64,000 bases of DNA from an uncultured Spirochaetales bacterium (GTDB lineage: Bacteria > Myxococcota_A > UBA9160 > UBA6930): the NCBI GenBank assembly GCA_964501435.1, contig CAZCTH010000010.1, positions 3,788-67,787 of the forward strand, in the 5' to 3' direction. Both the position numbers and the translations under genes were made by a program. Position 1 is the first letter of the stretch, and every line of letters starts with the position of its first letter. Shown here piece after piece: positions 10,001 to 20,827 of this stretch. The notes beneath the pieces are model-generated. The model saw only the letters and a list, made by a program, of their open reading frames with translations, searched no databases and was not told the DNA's origin.

Positions 10001-10374
10001 TTCTGCGGGTGACGGCCAAACGCATTCGCGCTGCGGAAGAGACCGCAGCCATGGGAGTACACGCAGTCGAACTTGACCTCGGCCCGCGCGACGGCGGTGA
10101 TCGAGGAGAACGGCCCGAACCCGGCCGGCGCGAGCTGCGCTTCCGCCTCGACCGCGAGCACGTGCTGCCACGCGTACAGATCCCACGCGTCGCTGCCGCC
10201 AAAGTCCTCCCACCCGAAGACGACGCGCATCTCGTAGTGTCCGTGCACGTCGACGCGGTCGCGCCAAGACGGCGTCGCGGGCGGCTCGCTTCGCGCGTCT
10301 TCGGAAGCGGCGGCGAGCGGGCTCGCGACGAGCAGCAGTCCGGCAATGAACCCGCTCAGGCTCGCGCTCCGCAC
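7066..10374 (-). CDS. DUF1302-like large outer-membrane protein
   Basis: Signal peptide; ELRELYVD, RVGKQTIVWGKTELFRNQDQWNP; amphipathic C-terminal strands ending KLRYAF. Confidence 0.75.
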   Translation of the reverse strand: MRSASLSGFIAGLLLVASPLAAASEDARSEPPATPSWRDRVDVHGHYEMRVVFGWEDFGGSDAWDLYAWQHVLAVEAEAQLAPAGFGPFSSITAVARAEVKFDCVYSHGCGLFRSANAFGRHPQKLPARLQDGRRVGSAGGQETVDRRAYYFDDETRLDGAVLGSDGVRNADLPSGQRRATSVLFGPTLAELFGASVGADGVRGSFGVPGDDAGYYVLARERGCRAGSRRLREDSLRGYGNRELLFNATCDMDPIGRLADRVNPFDAAELHPVLGNAGAYALPYRPAPERRTSERAVPWEARGLFLPNRSVREALMRDAFDDADQYFTVSDLQWNHGASQQPLHELRELYVDLEAAQRRLWLRVGKQTIVWGKTELFRNQDQWNPTDVALGPLTSLEESRIPVAALRAIYSLYDVGPLQDVRVELATIFDAFEPQDLGICGEPFTPRTACDEGLGLWQHGLTGAGIAGEQRPPKPWRDSEGLELGARVEWRWDRFSFSLSDYYGYEDTPHPRILFEYARNVDPRTGRPRRAMEAGECATGVEPACLQPNGALRDHSANQQMFAFLCAATVGSTPAVDPGACGLTIWNSTRAPSQAPGAPPTYVALWSNILAGSDAGVSAFDALVSRDPAAQASFHAQLLAVNPGIRHGGFGASVPTPLVNLNADVGDGPLAPPPGGVGPIAAALWYGDSLQANLSVPQQALLGCGSHYGTRCDLEGIDLLNAEASALFQAFPWIEGTERNPRWSTLDGAVAQPGTVGFAGGAVCTRFEGGHAFALPGCLGPGMSGYDVAVDGGVVRTEDGSNAPLLHPFTGQPFRSETAALSWNLLMLATALGCESNGNDLSKCDPLRAFALGRCSFAQPQFCRLVDGFASLTRVTRAHRRAGGNGAYGRRQFVWGGLGSAALAYRKRNVLGFSSDFAEDLTGASWSFELTWQEGLNVVDNGAMDGLSGVDTFNLTISAERPTFFRALNAHRTFLLSSQLFISYVAGYERGMTADGPWTFLWLTNVGTGYLQDRLELTANFVWDFRSHSGALLPEASWRFTDRVSATLGLGFFTGGWTRRLRGINGFSANDDDVLSEFTYVENGLSPVRDLDHVYAKLRYAF

Positions 10375-10470
10375 CGCGCCCTCCGCGCTTGTTACGGAGG
10401 ACGGTATTCCGGAGCGATCGGGGCCGCACCGCCAAGTGTGCTTGCGGGGTACGGCGGCCGGAGTCGCCTC

Positions 10471-11217
10471 TCAGGCCCGCGCCGCCCGCGCCCCCATCCA
10501 GCGCCGATACGCCGGCGGCGGCGCGAACGCGAGCCACCAGCACACGGCGTTCAGCAGCGCCGAGGCCGCCACCGCGAGCTGCGGGGCCGGGTCCTTCGTC
10601 AGGTCGGCGCCCGAGAGCAGGAGCGGGATCAAGAGCACGTCGGCGACGAAGCCGCCGAGGGACGACACGCTCCACAGCAGGAAGCGATTCGTCACGACCG
10701 AGTCTGCGAGCCCGAGCCGCTCGCGCTTGCGCGCGGCGGACCATGCCGCGAGGCCCTCGAGTGCGCCCCAGCCGAAGATCACCGCGAACACCACGCAGGA
10801 AGCGGCGATCGCCGCGCCATTGGCGGCCGGGTCGGTCACGCCGAGCTGCAGGTTCCGCACGACGCTGCCGATCGCGAGCGCGTCGAGCGCGATGGCCCCG
10901 AGCGCGAGCGCCGCGGCCCAGCGCGCGCCCGGGCGGAACGTCTGCCAGGTGAACACGGCCAGGCCGGCGAGCGCCGCGAAGGTGCCGAACCAGGAGACGA
11001 TGCCCGCGACGCCGGAGGTGCCGAGCTCGCCCTGCTGCTTCGCGATCTCGCCGAGGATCGCGGCGGGCTGGGAGAGCGCGGCGAAACAGATGAGCGTCGT
11101 GCCGAGGGCGGCCTCGGGCAGGCCCTTCGTGCGAAACGCGATCCGCAGCAGGCGCACGCCCACGCCGATGCCGGCGACGATGTAGAGCGAGACGCAGAGC
11201 ATCACGAGCGCTTGCAC
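10471..11217 (-). CDS. Hypothetical polytopic membrane protein (~7 TM)
   Basis: Successive hydrophobic stretches; RERLGLADSVVTNRFLLW loop; GTG start estimated. Confidence 0.7.
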   Translation of the reverse strand: MQALVMLCVSLYIVAGIGVGVRLLRIAFRTKGLPEAALGTTLICFAALSQPAAILGEIAKQQGELGTSGVAGIVSWFGTFAALAGLAVFTWQTFRPGARWAAALALGAIALDALAIGSVVRNLQLGVTDPAANGAAIAASCVVFAVIFGWGALEGLAAWSAARKRERLGLADSVVTNRFLLWSVSSLGGFVADVLLIPLLLSGADLTKDPAPQLAVAASALLNAVCWWLAFAPPPAYRRWMGARAARA

Positions 11218-11356
11218 GAGGCACCCCCTCGCCGTCCGCTTCGGCCAGGGGCGCGGGGCGCTTGACCGCTCCCGCGGGCGAGGCGCCCGCGCGCTTGCGG
11301 GGGGTGCGCCCGGCCCGGCTCGCGTGGGGAGCCCGGGCGTGCATCGGCGCGCGCGG

Positions 11357-14251
11357 CTACTCGGCGGCGGGGGCGGCCTTCTTCGCGGCGGCCTTCTTGG
11401 CGCGCGGCTTCGCGGCCTTGGCGGCCGCCGCCTTGCGCGGGCTCGCCTTCTTCTTGGCGGGCACGACGCGCGCCGTCCCCGGGTCGGGCTTCTTCCCAAA
11501 GCGCTTCCCGCCCGCGGGCTTCCCGGGCGCGGCGCCGGCGTCCGCTTCCGCGGGGGCCGGGGCCTTGCCGCGCTTCGCGCCGCGCGCGGGCTTCGCGGCG
11601 GCCGTCGCGTCCGCGGCCGGGGCGCCCTCCGCGGCGGCCTCGCCGTCCTTCACTTGCTTGCCGCGCGGCGGGAACTCGAAGCCGTGGCGGCCGGTGTCCT
11701 TCAACACCAATTGTGCACTGAACGGCCGGCCGTGCCGGGACGTGAAGTCCGTCAGCAGCTCGGTCTTGCCCTCGCGCAGGTAGTGGAGCGCCTCGTCGCG
11801 CGTGATCTCGCGCTTGCACACGGTGCGCGGGAACACGAACAGCGCGTGGTCGGGCTTCTCGGGCTTCTCGGGCGGCGGCTGGCCGGCGTCGCGCGCGGCC
11901 TTCTTCGCCGCGCGGAACTGCGCCTGCGTCTCGGCGTCGGCCACCCAGCCCGTGCACGCAAAGTGCGTGGGCGTCTCGATCACCTGGCACTCTTCGCCGC
12001 CGAACGGGCACTTGCCGAGCGGCTCGGTGTTCACCTCGTACTCGGGCGTCTCGCTGGCGGCCTCTTCGTTCCAGCCCGCGGGCGCCACCTGCAGCCGCCA
12101 CTCGTCGCGATCGACCTCGAGGCTCGCGCGGTAGGTGCGGCCGCTGCGCGCGGTGAAGCCGTCGAGCACGGGCGTCTTGCCCTCGCGCAGCAGCGCCGCC
12201 ACGGCGGTGCGGTCGAGGTAGCGGCCCGAGGTGTCCTTCCAGAAGCGCATCGGGCAGTCGGGCGTGCCCTCGGGCAGGTTCTCCACGGGCTTGCAGCGGT
12301 AGAACCACGCCATCTCGATCACGGGCCGGCCACAGCTCGGGCACGGGCCGAGCTCCGCGTCCTTCGCGTACAGCTCGTCGTACTCGAACGTCTTCGCGCG
12401 CTCGACGATCTCGCCGGCGTACTCGCGCATCTCGTCGAGGAAGTCCTTCGCCGTGCGCTCGCCGTGCTCCACCTGGCGCAGGTGCTGCTCGATCTCGCCG
12501 GTGAGCGCCGGCGAGGCGAGGCGGTCCTCGTGGATGCGGCGCAGCGTGTCGATCAGGCGGATGCCCTTCACGGTGGGCCGCAGGCTCTTCCCCTGCCGCA
12601 GCGCGTAGCCCTTGCCGATCAGGTTCTCGATGATCTCGGCGCGCGTCGCCGGCGTGCCGATGCCCTTGTCGTGCATCACGGCGGCGAGGCCTTCGTCGTC
12701 GAGCTCGCGGCCGGCGTTCTCCATCAGCGAGAGCAGGCGGCCTTCCGTGATGCGCGCGGGCGGCTTGGTCTCTTCTTCCTGCGAGAGCACCTCGTCGAGG
12801 CGCACCGGCACGTCGTTCGCTTCGTCGCGGCCGCGCGCGAGCGCGGGCAGCGGCCCGGCGGCCTCCTCGTCGTCGCCCGCGGGCAGCACGGCGCGCCAGC
12901 CCGGCTCCATGAGCGCGCGGGCGCGCGTGCGGAAGTGCTCGCCGCTCGCGACGGTGGTGCGCTCGACGCGCTCCCACAGCGCGGCGCCGTGGAACGCGCC
13001 GAGGAAGCGGCGCGTGACGAGGTCGTAGAGGCGGCGCGCGTCGCCGCGCATGTCGGCGCGCGGCAGCACGCCGGTGGGCACGATCGCGAAGTGGTCCGAG
13101 ACGCCGGCGTCGTCGAACACCTTGTCCTCGTTCTTGAGCCCGTCCCGTAACAAGCGCGCGGCGCCCGCCGCGTAGTCTTCGACGCCCTCGCCGCGCGCGG
13201 CGGAGAGCTTCTGGAGCACGCCGTCCACGGTGGCGCGGTAGTCGTTCGGCAGGCAGCGCGAATCGGTGCGCGGGTAGGTGAGGACCTTGTAGGCCTCGTA
13301 ACAAGCCTGCGCCGCGCCGAGCGTGCGGCGCGCGCTCCAGCCGAAGCGGCGGTTGCCTTCGCGCTGCAGGCTCGTCAGGTCGAACAGCGGCGGCGCGCTC
13401 TCGCGCGAGGGCTTGCGCGTCTCGCTGGCGAGCGACGCGGAGCCGCGCGCGGCGGCGACGATCGCCTCGGCGCGCGCGCGGTCGAAGATGCGGTCGTCCT
13501 TGCGCTCGGTGTCGTCGTTCTCGGCGAAGGCCGGGTCGAACCACGCGGCCGTGTAGGTGTGATCGGGCGCCGCGAAGGTCGCCGTGACGCGCCAGAACGG
13601 GCGCGGCACGTGGGCGAGCACCTCGAACTCCTTGTCGACGAGCAGCGCGAGGGTCGGCGTCTGCACGCGGCCGGCCGACCAGGCGCGCGTCTCCTTGCGG
13701 CTCTTGAGGCGCTTGGTGAGGGCGCGCGTCGCGTTCATGCCGATCAGCCAGTCCGAGTAGGCGCGGCACTCGGCGGCCTGCGCGAGGCCCTCGAGCTGCT
13801 TGCCGGGCATCAGGCGCGAGAAGCCGTCGCGGATCGCGTCGTGGGTCATCGACTGGAGCCAGAGGCGCGAGATGGGCTTCCGGATCTCGAGGTACGACAC
13901 GATCTCGCGGAAGATCAGCTCGCCCTCGCGGCCGGCGTCGCAGGCGTTCACGAGCCGGTCCACGTCGTCGCGCTTGGCCAGCTTCTCGATGATCCGGACG
14001 CGGTCGGTCTGGCCCTTCTTCTTCTTCAGCTGGAAGCTCTGCGGCAGGATCGGGAGCACGTCGAGCGTCCAGCGCTTGAACTTCTCGTCGATCTCCTCGG
14101 GCTCGAGCAGCTCGAACAAGTGGCCGACCGCGAAGGTGAGGACGTGCTGATCGCTCTCCCAGTAGCCCTCGTGCTCGGTGAACCCACCGAGGGCCGCCGC
14201 GATGTCGCGGGCGACGCTCGGCTTCTCCGTGATCACGAGTGCCTTCGCCAC
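11357..14251 (-). CDS. topB: Type IA DNA topoisomerase (topoisomerase III-like) with C-terminal repeats and Lys/Ala tail
   Basis: Toprim VITEKPS and ACDAGREGELIF; SAGRVQTPTL; catalytic LTYPRTDS; GIGTPATRAEIIE; two EGKT..L..F....GR repeats. Confidence 0.9.
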   Translation of the reverse strand: MAKALVITEKPSVARDIAAALGGFTEHEGYWESDQHVLTFAVGHLFELLEPEEIDEKFKRWTLDVLPILPQSFQLKKKKGQTDRVRIIEKLAKRDDVDRLVNACDAGREGELIFREIVSYLEIRKPISRLWLQSMTHDAIRDGFSRLMPGKQLEGLAQAAECRAYSDWLIGMNATRALTKRLKSRKETRAWSAGRVQTPTLALLVDKEFEVLAHVPRPFWRVTATFAAPDHTYTAAWFDPAFAENDDTERKDDRIFDRARAEAIVAAARGSASLASETRKPSRESAPPLFDLTSLQREGNRRFGWSARRTLGAAQACYEAYKVLTYPRTDSRCLPNDYRATVDGVLQKLSAARGEGVEDYAAGAARLLRDGLKNEDKVFDDAGVSDHFAIVPTGVLPRADMRGDARRLYDLVTRRFLGAFHGAALWERVERTTVASGEHFRTRARALMEPGWRAVLPAGDDEEAAGPLPALARGRDEANDVPVRLDEVLSQEEETKPPARITEGRLLSLMENAGRELDDEGLAAVMHDKGIGTPATRAEIIENLIGKGYALRQGKSLRPTVKGIRLIDTLRRIHEDRLASPALTGEIEQHLRQVEHGERTAKDFLDEMREYAGEIVERAKTFEYDELYAKDAELGPCPSCGRPVIEMAWFYRCKPVENLPEGTPDCPMRFWKDTSGRYLDRTAVAALLREGKTPVLDGFTARSGRTYRASLEVDRDEWRLQVAPAGWNEEAASETPEYEVNTEPLGKCPFGGEECQVIETPTHFACTGWVADAETQAQFRAAKKAARDAGQPPPEKPEKPDHALFVFPRTVCKREITRDEALHYLREGKTELLTDFTSRHGRPFSAQLVLKDTGRHGFEFPPRGKQVKDGEAAAEGAPAADATAAAKPARGAKRGKAPAPAEADAGAAPGKPAGGKRFGKKPDPGTARVVPAKKKASPRKAAAAKAAKPRAKKAAAKKAAPAAE

Positions 14252-14520
14252 TGAGTCCACCCCTCTGCGCGATCCCCCCAGGGGCATCCTCGCGCATCCC
14301 ATTCTTAGAAGCCTGCCGGCAGGCGGCCCGATTTAGCCCGCGAGTTTTGGCGTGGCAAACCGGCGCCCGTGGGCGAGGCCCACGCGTCGGGGCCTTTGCG
14401 CCCGAACTTGAGCCGGAGCCGGGCCCTGCCCCGCGATTCGGATCGTTCCTGATGTGGGGGCGGTTGCGCGCTTCCGGGGGGTGGCAGACGCTGCCGCGCC
14501 TTCCCCGAGGAGCCCCGCGC

Positions 14521-15300
14521 ATGTCCCAAGCCCAGCCCATCACCGGCCTCACCGCGGACCGCATCGCGCCGCACGTGTTCCTGTGCGGCGACCCGGAGCG
14601 CGTGCCGCGCATCTCCGCGGGCTGGCAGAACGCGCGCGAGGTGTGCCGCGTGCGCGAGTACCGCGTGGTCGTGGGGGAGCTCGGCGGGGTGCAGCTGTGC
14701 GCCGCGTCCACCGGCATCGGCGCGCCCAGCACGGCGGTGATCCTCGAGGAGCTGATCAAGCTCGGCGCGCACACCTTCATCCGCGTCGGCAACAGCGGCG
14801 GCCTCGCGCCCGACCTCGCGCTCGGCGACCTCGTGATCACCACTGGCGCCGTGCGCGACGACGGCACCACGAAGTCCTACGTGATCCCCGAGTTCCCGGC
14901 GGTCGCCGACCACGCGATCGTGGGCGCGCTGCTCGCGGCTGCACGCGAGCGCGGCGCCCGCCATCGCGCCGGGATCACGTGGTCCCTCGACGCCTTCTAC
15001 ATCCGCAACGCCGTGCTCACGCCCGGCGGCGGCATGGCCTCGATGAGCGTCGGCGGCTACTGGACCCACGAGCAGCGCCAACGCATCGAGGACATGCGCG
15101 CCGCGCGCGTCGTGAACTGCGAGATGGAGAGCGGCGCGCTGCTCACGCTCGCGGGCTTGTTCGGCGTGCGCGCGGGCTGCATCTGCGTCGTGAGCGACCG
15201 GACGCCGTGGGCGGGGCCGAGCGAGATCGACCTGAACCGCAACATGGCCCAGTGCATCGAGGTCGCGACCGACGCGATGCTGCGCGTGGCCGTGCGCTAG
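14521..15300 (+). CDS. udp: Uridine/nucleoside phosphorylase
   Basis: CGDPERV, REYR, STGIGAPS, FIRVG, RDDGTT, NCEMES; GAGGAG RBS upstream. Confidence 0.8.
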   Translation: MSQAQPITGLTADRIAPHVFLCGDPERVPRISAGWQNAREVCRVREYRVVVGELGGVQLCAASTGIGAPSTAVILEELIKLGAHTFIRVGNSGGLAPDLALGDLVITTGAVRDDGTTKSYVIPEFPAVADHAIVGALLAAARERGARHRAGITWSLDAFYIRNAVLTPGGGMASMSVGGYWTHEQRQRIEDMRAARVVNCEMESGALLTLAGLFGVRAGCICVVSDRTPWAGPSEIDLNRNMAQCIEVATDAMLRVAVR

Positions 15301-15323
15301 CGCGGCCGCGAGAGGATCGCGCG

Positions 15324-15839
15324 ATGGAGATCCGAACGGCGCGGCTACGGCTCCGACCGTGGGCCCGTGCCGACGAGCCCGAGATGATCCGCAACGCCAA
15401 CGACCCCGCCGTGGTGCGCGGCACGGCGTCGATGCCGCACCCGTACACGGCCGCGGACTTCGCGGCGTTCTTCGCGCGCACCGAGGCGGCACGCTTCGAG
15501 TGGCATCTCGCGATCGAGCTCGGCGGCGCGGCGATCGGCGGCATCGGCTTCCACCCGCGCACGGGCCTCGAGCGCTACACGGCCGAGGTCGGCTACTGGC
15601 TCGGGCGCGCGCACTGGGGGCGCGGCTACGCCAGCGAGGCGCTGCGCGCCGTCGCGGAGCACGCCTTCGCCACGACCGAGACGCAGCGGCTCGAGGGCCG
15701 CGTGTTCGCCTGGAACGCGGCGTCGGGCCGTGTGCTCGAAAAGGCGGGGTTCGCGCGCGAGGCCGTCACGCGCCGCTCCGCGTTCAAGGACGGCACGCTG
15801 CTCGACGAGTGGATCTACGCGCGGCTGCGGGGCGAGTAG
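15324..15839 (+). CDS. RimJ/RimL-type GNAT acetyltransferase
   Basis: RTARLRLRP, EVGYWLGRAHWGRGYASEA, NAASGRVLEKAGF. Confidence 0.9.
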   Translation: MEIRTARLRLRPWARADEPEMIRNANDPAVVRGTASMPHPYTAADFAAFFARTEAARFEWHLAIELGGAAIGGIGFHPRTGLERYTAEVGYWLGRAHWGRGYASEALRAVAEHAFATTETQRLEGRVFAWNAASGRVLEKAGFAREAVTRRSAFKDGTLLDEWIYARLRGE

Positions 15840-15840
15840 C

Positions 15841-17189
<1,349 letters not shown>

Positions 17190-17193
<4 letters not shown>

Positions 17194-19001
17194 CCCTGCA
17201 CCTCCGCGAGCGGCAGCGCGACGCGCACGCGCGTCCCGAGGCCGGGCTCCGAGTGGATCGCGATGCTCCCGCGGTGCTCGTGCACCACGCGCTTCACGAA
17301 CGTGAGGCCGAGCCCGACGCCGCCGGAGCGGCCCGTGACGAACGGCTGGAACACGCGCTCGCGCAGCTCGGCCGGGATTCCGGGGCCGTCGTCGCGCACT
17401 TCGAATCCGCCGAAGCCCGGTGTCCCGGTCAGCAGCGAAACTTCGATGGTGCCCCCCTCCCCGAGCGCCTGGACTGCGTTGACGAGCAAGTTGATGGCCA
17501 CCTGATGGATCCGCTCCGGCTCGCGCGCGACGAGCGGCTCGCCCTCCGGCGCGGGCGCGACCAGGATGCGGATCCGCTTCGCGCGAGCCGAGTGCATCGC
17601 CAGCTCCGCCGCGCGCACGAGGAGCGGCGTGAGCGCGCCAGGCTCGAGCGCGGGCGTGCGATCCGGCTTCAGCGTCAGCAGGTCGTCCACGACGCCGCCG
17701 AGTCGCCCCACCTCGTCGCCCACCATCTGCGCGATCTCGTGCACCTCGGCGCCGGCGTCGGGCGGCAGCGAGCGATCGAGCAGTTGCGCCGAGCTGCGCA
17801 GCACGCCGAGCGACGTGCGGATCTCGTGCGCGACGCCGGCTGCGAGCTCGCCGACGAACGCGAACTTCTCGGCTTCGACGAGCTCGCGCTGCGTGCGCTC
17901 GAGGTCCGCCGACATGCGATTGAACGCGCCGGCCAGGGCTCCCAGCTCGTCGTCGCTGCGGACCGGCACGCTGAGCGGCGCGCCGCCGTCGCGCACGGCG
18001 AGCTGACGCAGCGCCTCCGCGAGCTCGGTCAGCGGGCGGACGACGCGGCGCGCCGCAACCGCCGCCGCAGCGAGCGCCGCGGCGAGCGCGACGCCCAGCG
18101 TGACCGCCATGCGCGAGCGCAGCCGGGCGACCGGAGCCATCACGTCTTCGCGCCGCTGGATCACGAGCACGTCGAAGGCCGGCAGGCCGCTGGCGAGCGC
18201 CGCCCGCCCGACGATCGCGTCCTTGCCCGCCACCCAGTCGGGTGCCGCCAGCGGGCGGGTGTGCGCATCCCGCACGCCGCGGCGCGCGAACCCCGCGAGC
18301 TGCGCCGGTTCGCCGCCGACGACCGCGCCGCCTTCGGTCACGACCACGTCGGTCGCGACGCGCTGCGCCGCGAGATCCTGCCGAACGATCTCGGTCACCG
18401 CGGAGAGATCGCGCCAGTCGTACAGGCCGTAGAGCGTTCCGAGCCGGCGCGACGCGTCGTCGGGGTCGGGGACGGGCGCTGCGATCACGAGATGCGGCGA
18501 CGCGAGAAACGGCAGCGCGAGGGGCCCCGCAACGCCGGTCGTCGACTCCGCGAGCGCCGGGGCGAACGCGGCGGCCCGCGTGCCGCCGATCGCCGCGGGG
18601 TCGCTCGCCGCGATCGTCTCCCCCGCCTCCGAGACGACGAGATATTGCGGCGCGCCCGCGCGCCGCGAGCGAAGCGCCGCGAGCGCGATCGAGACCCGCT
18701 TGTCGACGTCGCCGACGCGCAGATCGCGCATGAGATCCTGCTGCGCGAAGGTCGCGAGCGCGTCGCGCTCCGTGCGAATCGCCGCCGAGAGCTGGTTCGC
18801 GGTGTGCCGCGCCTCGCGCGCGAGCGCGCGGCCGACTTGCTGCTCGAGCGCCTCGCTCGCGTTGCGCGTCGCGAGCCACCCGAGCCCGAGACCCGGCAGC
18901 GCGACCAGCGCGAACGCGAACACGAGCAGCTTGTTACGCAGCGAGACTCGCGGTACGGATTGCTCCGACAGGGGCGGCTCCACCTCAGGCGGCTCGACCA
19001 T
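17190..19001 (-). CDS. Sensor histidine kinase with periplasmic domain and HAMP
   Basis: Two TM segments flanking a large periplasmic region; DDELGALAGAFNRM (HAMP); AHEIRTSL; NLLVNAVQA; DDGPGI; GLGL; ATGA overlap with the regulator. Start uncertain. Confidence 0.88.
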
Positions 19002-19023
19002 GCGTGCACTCACAACCGCTGGA

Positions 19024-20193
19024 ATGGTGCACGCTAGCACCGGCTCCCGCACGCTCGCGGCGCTGCGTCGCGCGGCCCTCTGCGCACTGCTTGCGGTCGC
19101 CTGCCCGAGCGGGGCGATCGCGCAGGCGACCGGCGACGCCGAGGACGCCGCCGCAACCACCGCCGGTGCCGAGGCTGCCGCCGCGTCCGAAGCGGGCGCG
19201 GCGGCCGCAGATCGGCCGGTGTTCTCGCTCGGGCCGCTCGACTACCGCGCGGCCCGCGGCATTCGTTTCGGCGAGAGCGGGCTCACGCTCGGAGGCTTCA
19301 CCACCCTCGAGGTCGAGCGAAGCGACGGCGAGCCGGCATCGATCGCACTCGACGGCATCAACCTGCTCGCGCTCTACGAGCCCGTCGACTCGTTCCGCGT
19401 CTTCGCCGAGCTCGAGGTGGGCGATCTCGCGAGCTGGGAGACGAGCGGCGGGCCGGTCGAGTCTTCGCCGCGAGCGAACTTCGAGCGCCTCTACGCCGAA
19501 TACGGCCACAGTGACGCGTTCAACGTGCGAGTCGGCAAGTTCCTGACTCCCGTCGGCCAATGGAATCTCGCGCCGGCGGAGCCGTTCGTCTGGACGTCGA
19601 CGCAGCCGGCGATTCTCGAAGTCGGTCTCGACGAGCACCAGACCGGCGTCGCGATCTTCGGCTCGTTCTACCCCGAGCAGCGCGTCGTCCGGTATTGGGT
19701 GTACGGCCAGGTGATCGACGCATTCGACGTCGAGCGCGACGAGACGCCAGCCGACCGCAGCGTCGGCGCTCGGCTCGAGACCAGCGACGCGCGCGGTGCG
19801 TGGACCTTCGGCGGATCGCTGCTCGCATCGGAACGGCAGGGAGCGTGGACCACCGCGGGCGGCCTCGATGCGAAGTGGCGTGGCGAGCGGCTCGAGGTGT
19901 CGAGCGAGCTGCTCGTGTCCGGGGGCGACATCCCGGACCGAGATTTCTGGGGCGCGTTCGTCGAGGCCGCCTATCCGCTCGATCGCGTGTCGCCGCGCCT
20001 CGCGAAGCTCTATTTGGTCGGGCGCCTCGAGCACTTCGACGCGCGTGGCGTGGGCGCGACGCAGCTCGTCGACTTCGGCCTGACCTGGCTCCCGAAGGAC
20101 TGGCTGAACGTGAAGCTCGGCTACCGCGCCGCGATCCACGACCGCGGTGACCTCGGTGACGGGCTCAAGTTCACGCTTTCGGTGTTGTTCTGA
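19024..20193 (+). CDS. Outer-membrane beta-barrel (porin-like)
   Basis: Signal peptide; Ala-rich linker; alternating strands (ERLYAEY, NVRVGKFLTP); ends in Phe (SVLF). Confidence 0.72.
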   Translation: MVHASTGSRTLAALRRAALCALLAVACPSGAIAQATGDAEDAAATTAGAEAAAASEAGAAAADRPVFSLGPLDYRAARGIRFGESGLTLGGFTTLEVERSDGEPASIALDGINLLALYEPVDSFRVFAELEVGDLASWETSGGPVESSPRANFERLYAEYGHSDAFNVRVGKFLTPVGQWNLAPAEPFVWTSTQPAILEVGLDEHQTGVAIFGSFYPEQRVVRYWVYGQVIDAFDVERDETPADRSVGARLETSDARGAWTFGGSLLASERQGAWTTAGGLDAKWRGERLEVSSELLVSGGDIPDRDFWGAFVEAAYPLDRVSPRLAKLYLVGRLEHFDARGVGATQLVDFGLTWLPKDWLNVKLGYRAAIHDRGDLGDGLKFTLSVLF

Positions 20194-20651
20194 TGCGAGC
20201 GGCTCGCACGCTGCTCGCCACGCTCGCGCTGGTGATCGCGGCGGCTGCGCCCACGCGCGCCGAGGAGCTCGCCGTGATCGTGCACGCGAGCCGCACGCTG
20301 AGCCTCGACGCGGCCCAGGTTGCGCAGATCTACCTGAAGCAACGGCGTCGCTGGCCCGACGGCAGCGCGATCGTTCCCGTGAATCGCGAGCCGGGCAGCC
20401 GGGCGCGCGAGGGATTCTCGCGCATGGTGCTCGGCCGCTCGTCCCAACAACTCGCCCTGTACTGGAATCGGCAGTACTTCCACGGCGTCCACCCGCCGGC
20501 GACGTTCGCGTCGGACGAAGCGGTGAAGCGCTTCGTCGCGAGCGAGCCGCGCGCGATCGGCTACGTGCGCGCGTCCGCCGTCGAGCCGACGGTGCGGGTC
20601 GCGCTCCTGCTGGTGCTCGACGACTCGCCATCGCCCCCTCCGCGCGAGTAG
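20193..20651 (+). CDS. Small PstS-like periplasmic protein
   Basis: Signal peptide; LAVIVH, QIYLKQRRRWPDG, YWNRQYFHG, VKRFVASEPRAIGYV; TGATG coupling to the barrel gene. Confidence 0.75.
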   Translation: MRAARTLLATLALVIAAAAPTRAEELAVIVHASRTLSLDAAQVAQIYLKQRRRWPDGSAIVPVNREPGSRAREGFSRMVLGRSSQQLALYWNRQYFHGVHPPATFASDEAVKRFVASEPRAIGYVRASAVEPTVRVALLLVLDDSPSPPPRE

Positions 20652-20827
20652 CCCGCGCGCGGCGAGTCGACTCTCTCCACGCTTCGAGAGCAAGCCGCGT
20701 ACCGGTTCCGCAGCACGCGGCGCGCGCGCGCCGCGCTCCACCCTGCCGAAATCGGCAGAGCCCCGCCGTACGCAGCAGGTCGCTCCGCCGTGGCGCCCGC
20801 CCCGCCCACGCACCCGCGACCGCAGCG

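Noticed and set aside
7096-11265. Very long antisense or alternative-frame ORFs (also 176-2626, 11202-14870, 37685-40342, 55315-58104, 59095-61956 and many more)
   Set aside because: They are Arg/Ala/Pro-rich shadows of motif-bearing genes, expected from stop-codon scarcity at high GC. Only their terminal parts were kept where a real gene is embedded.
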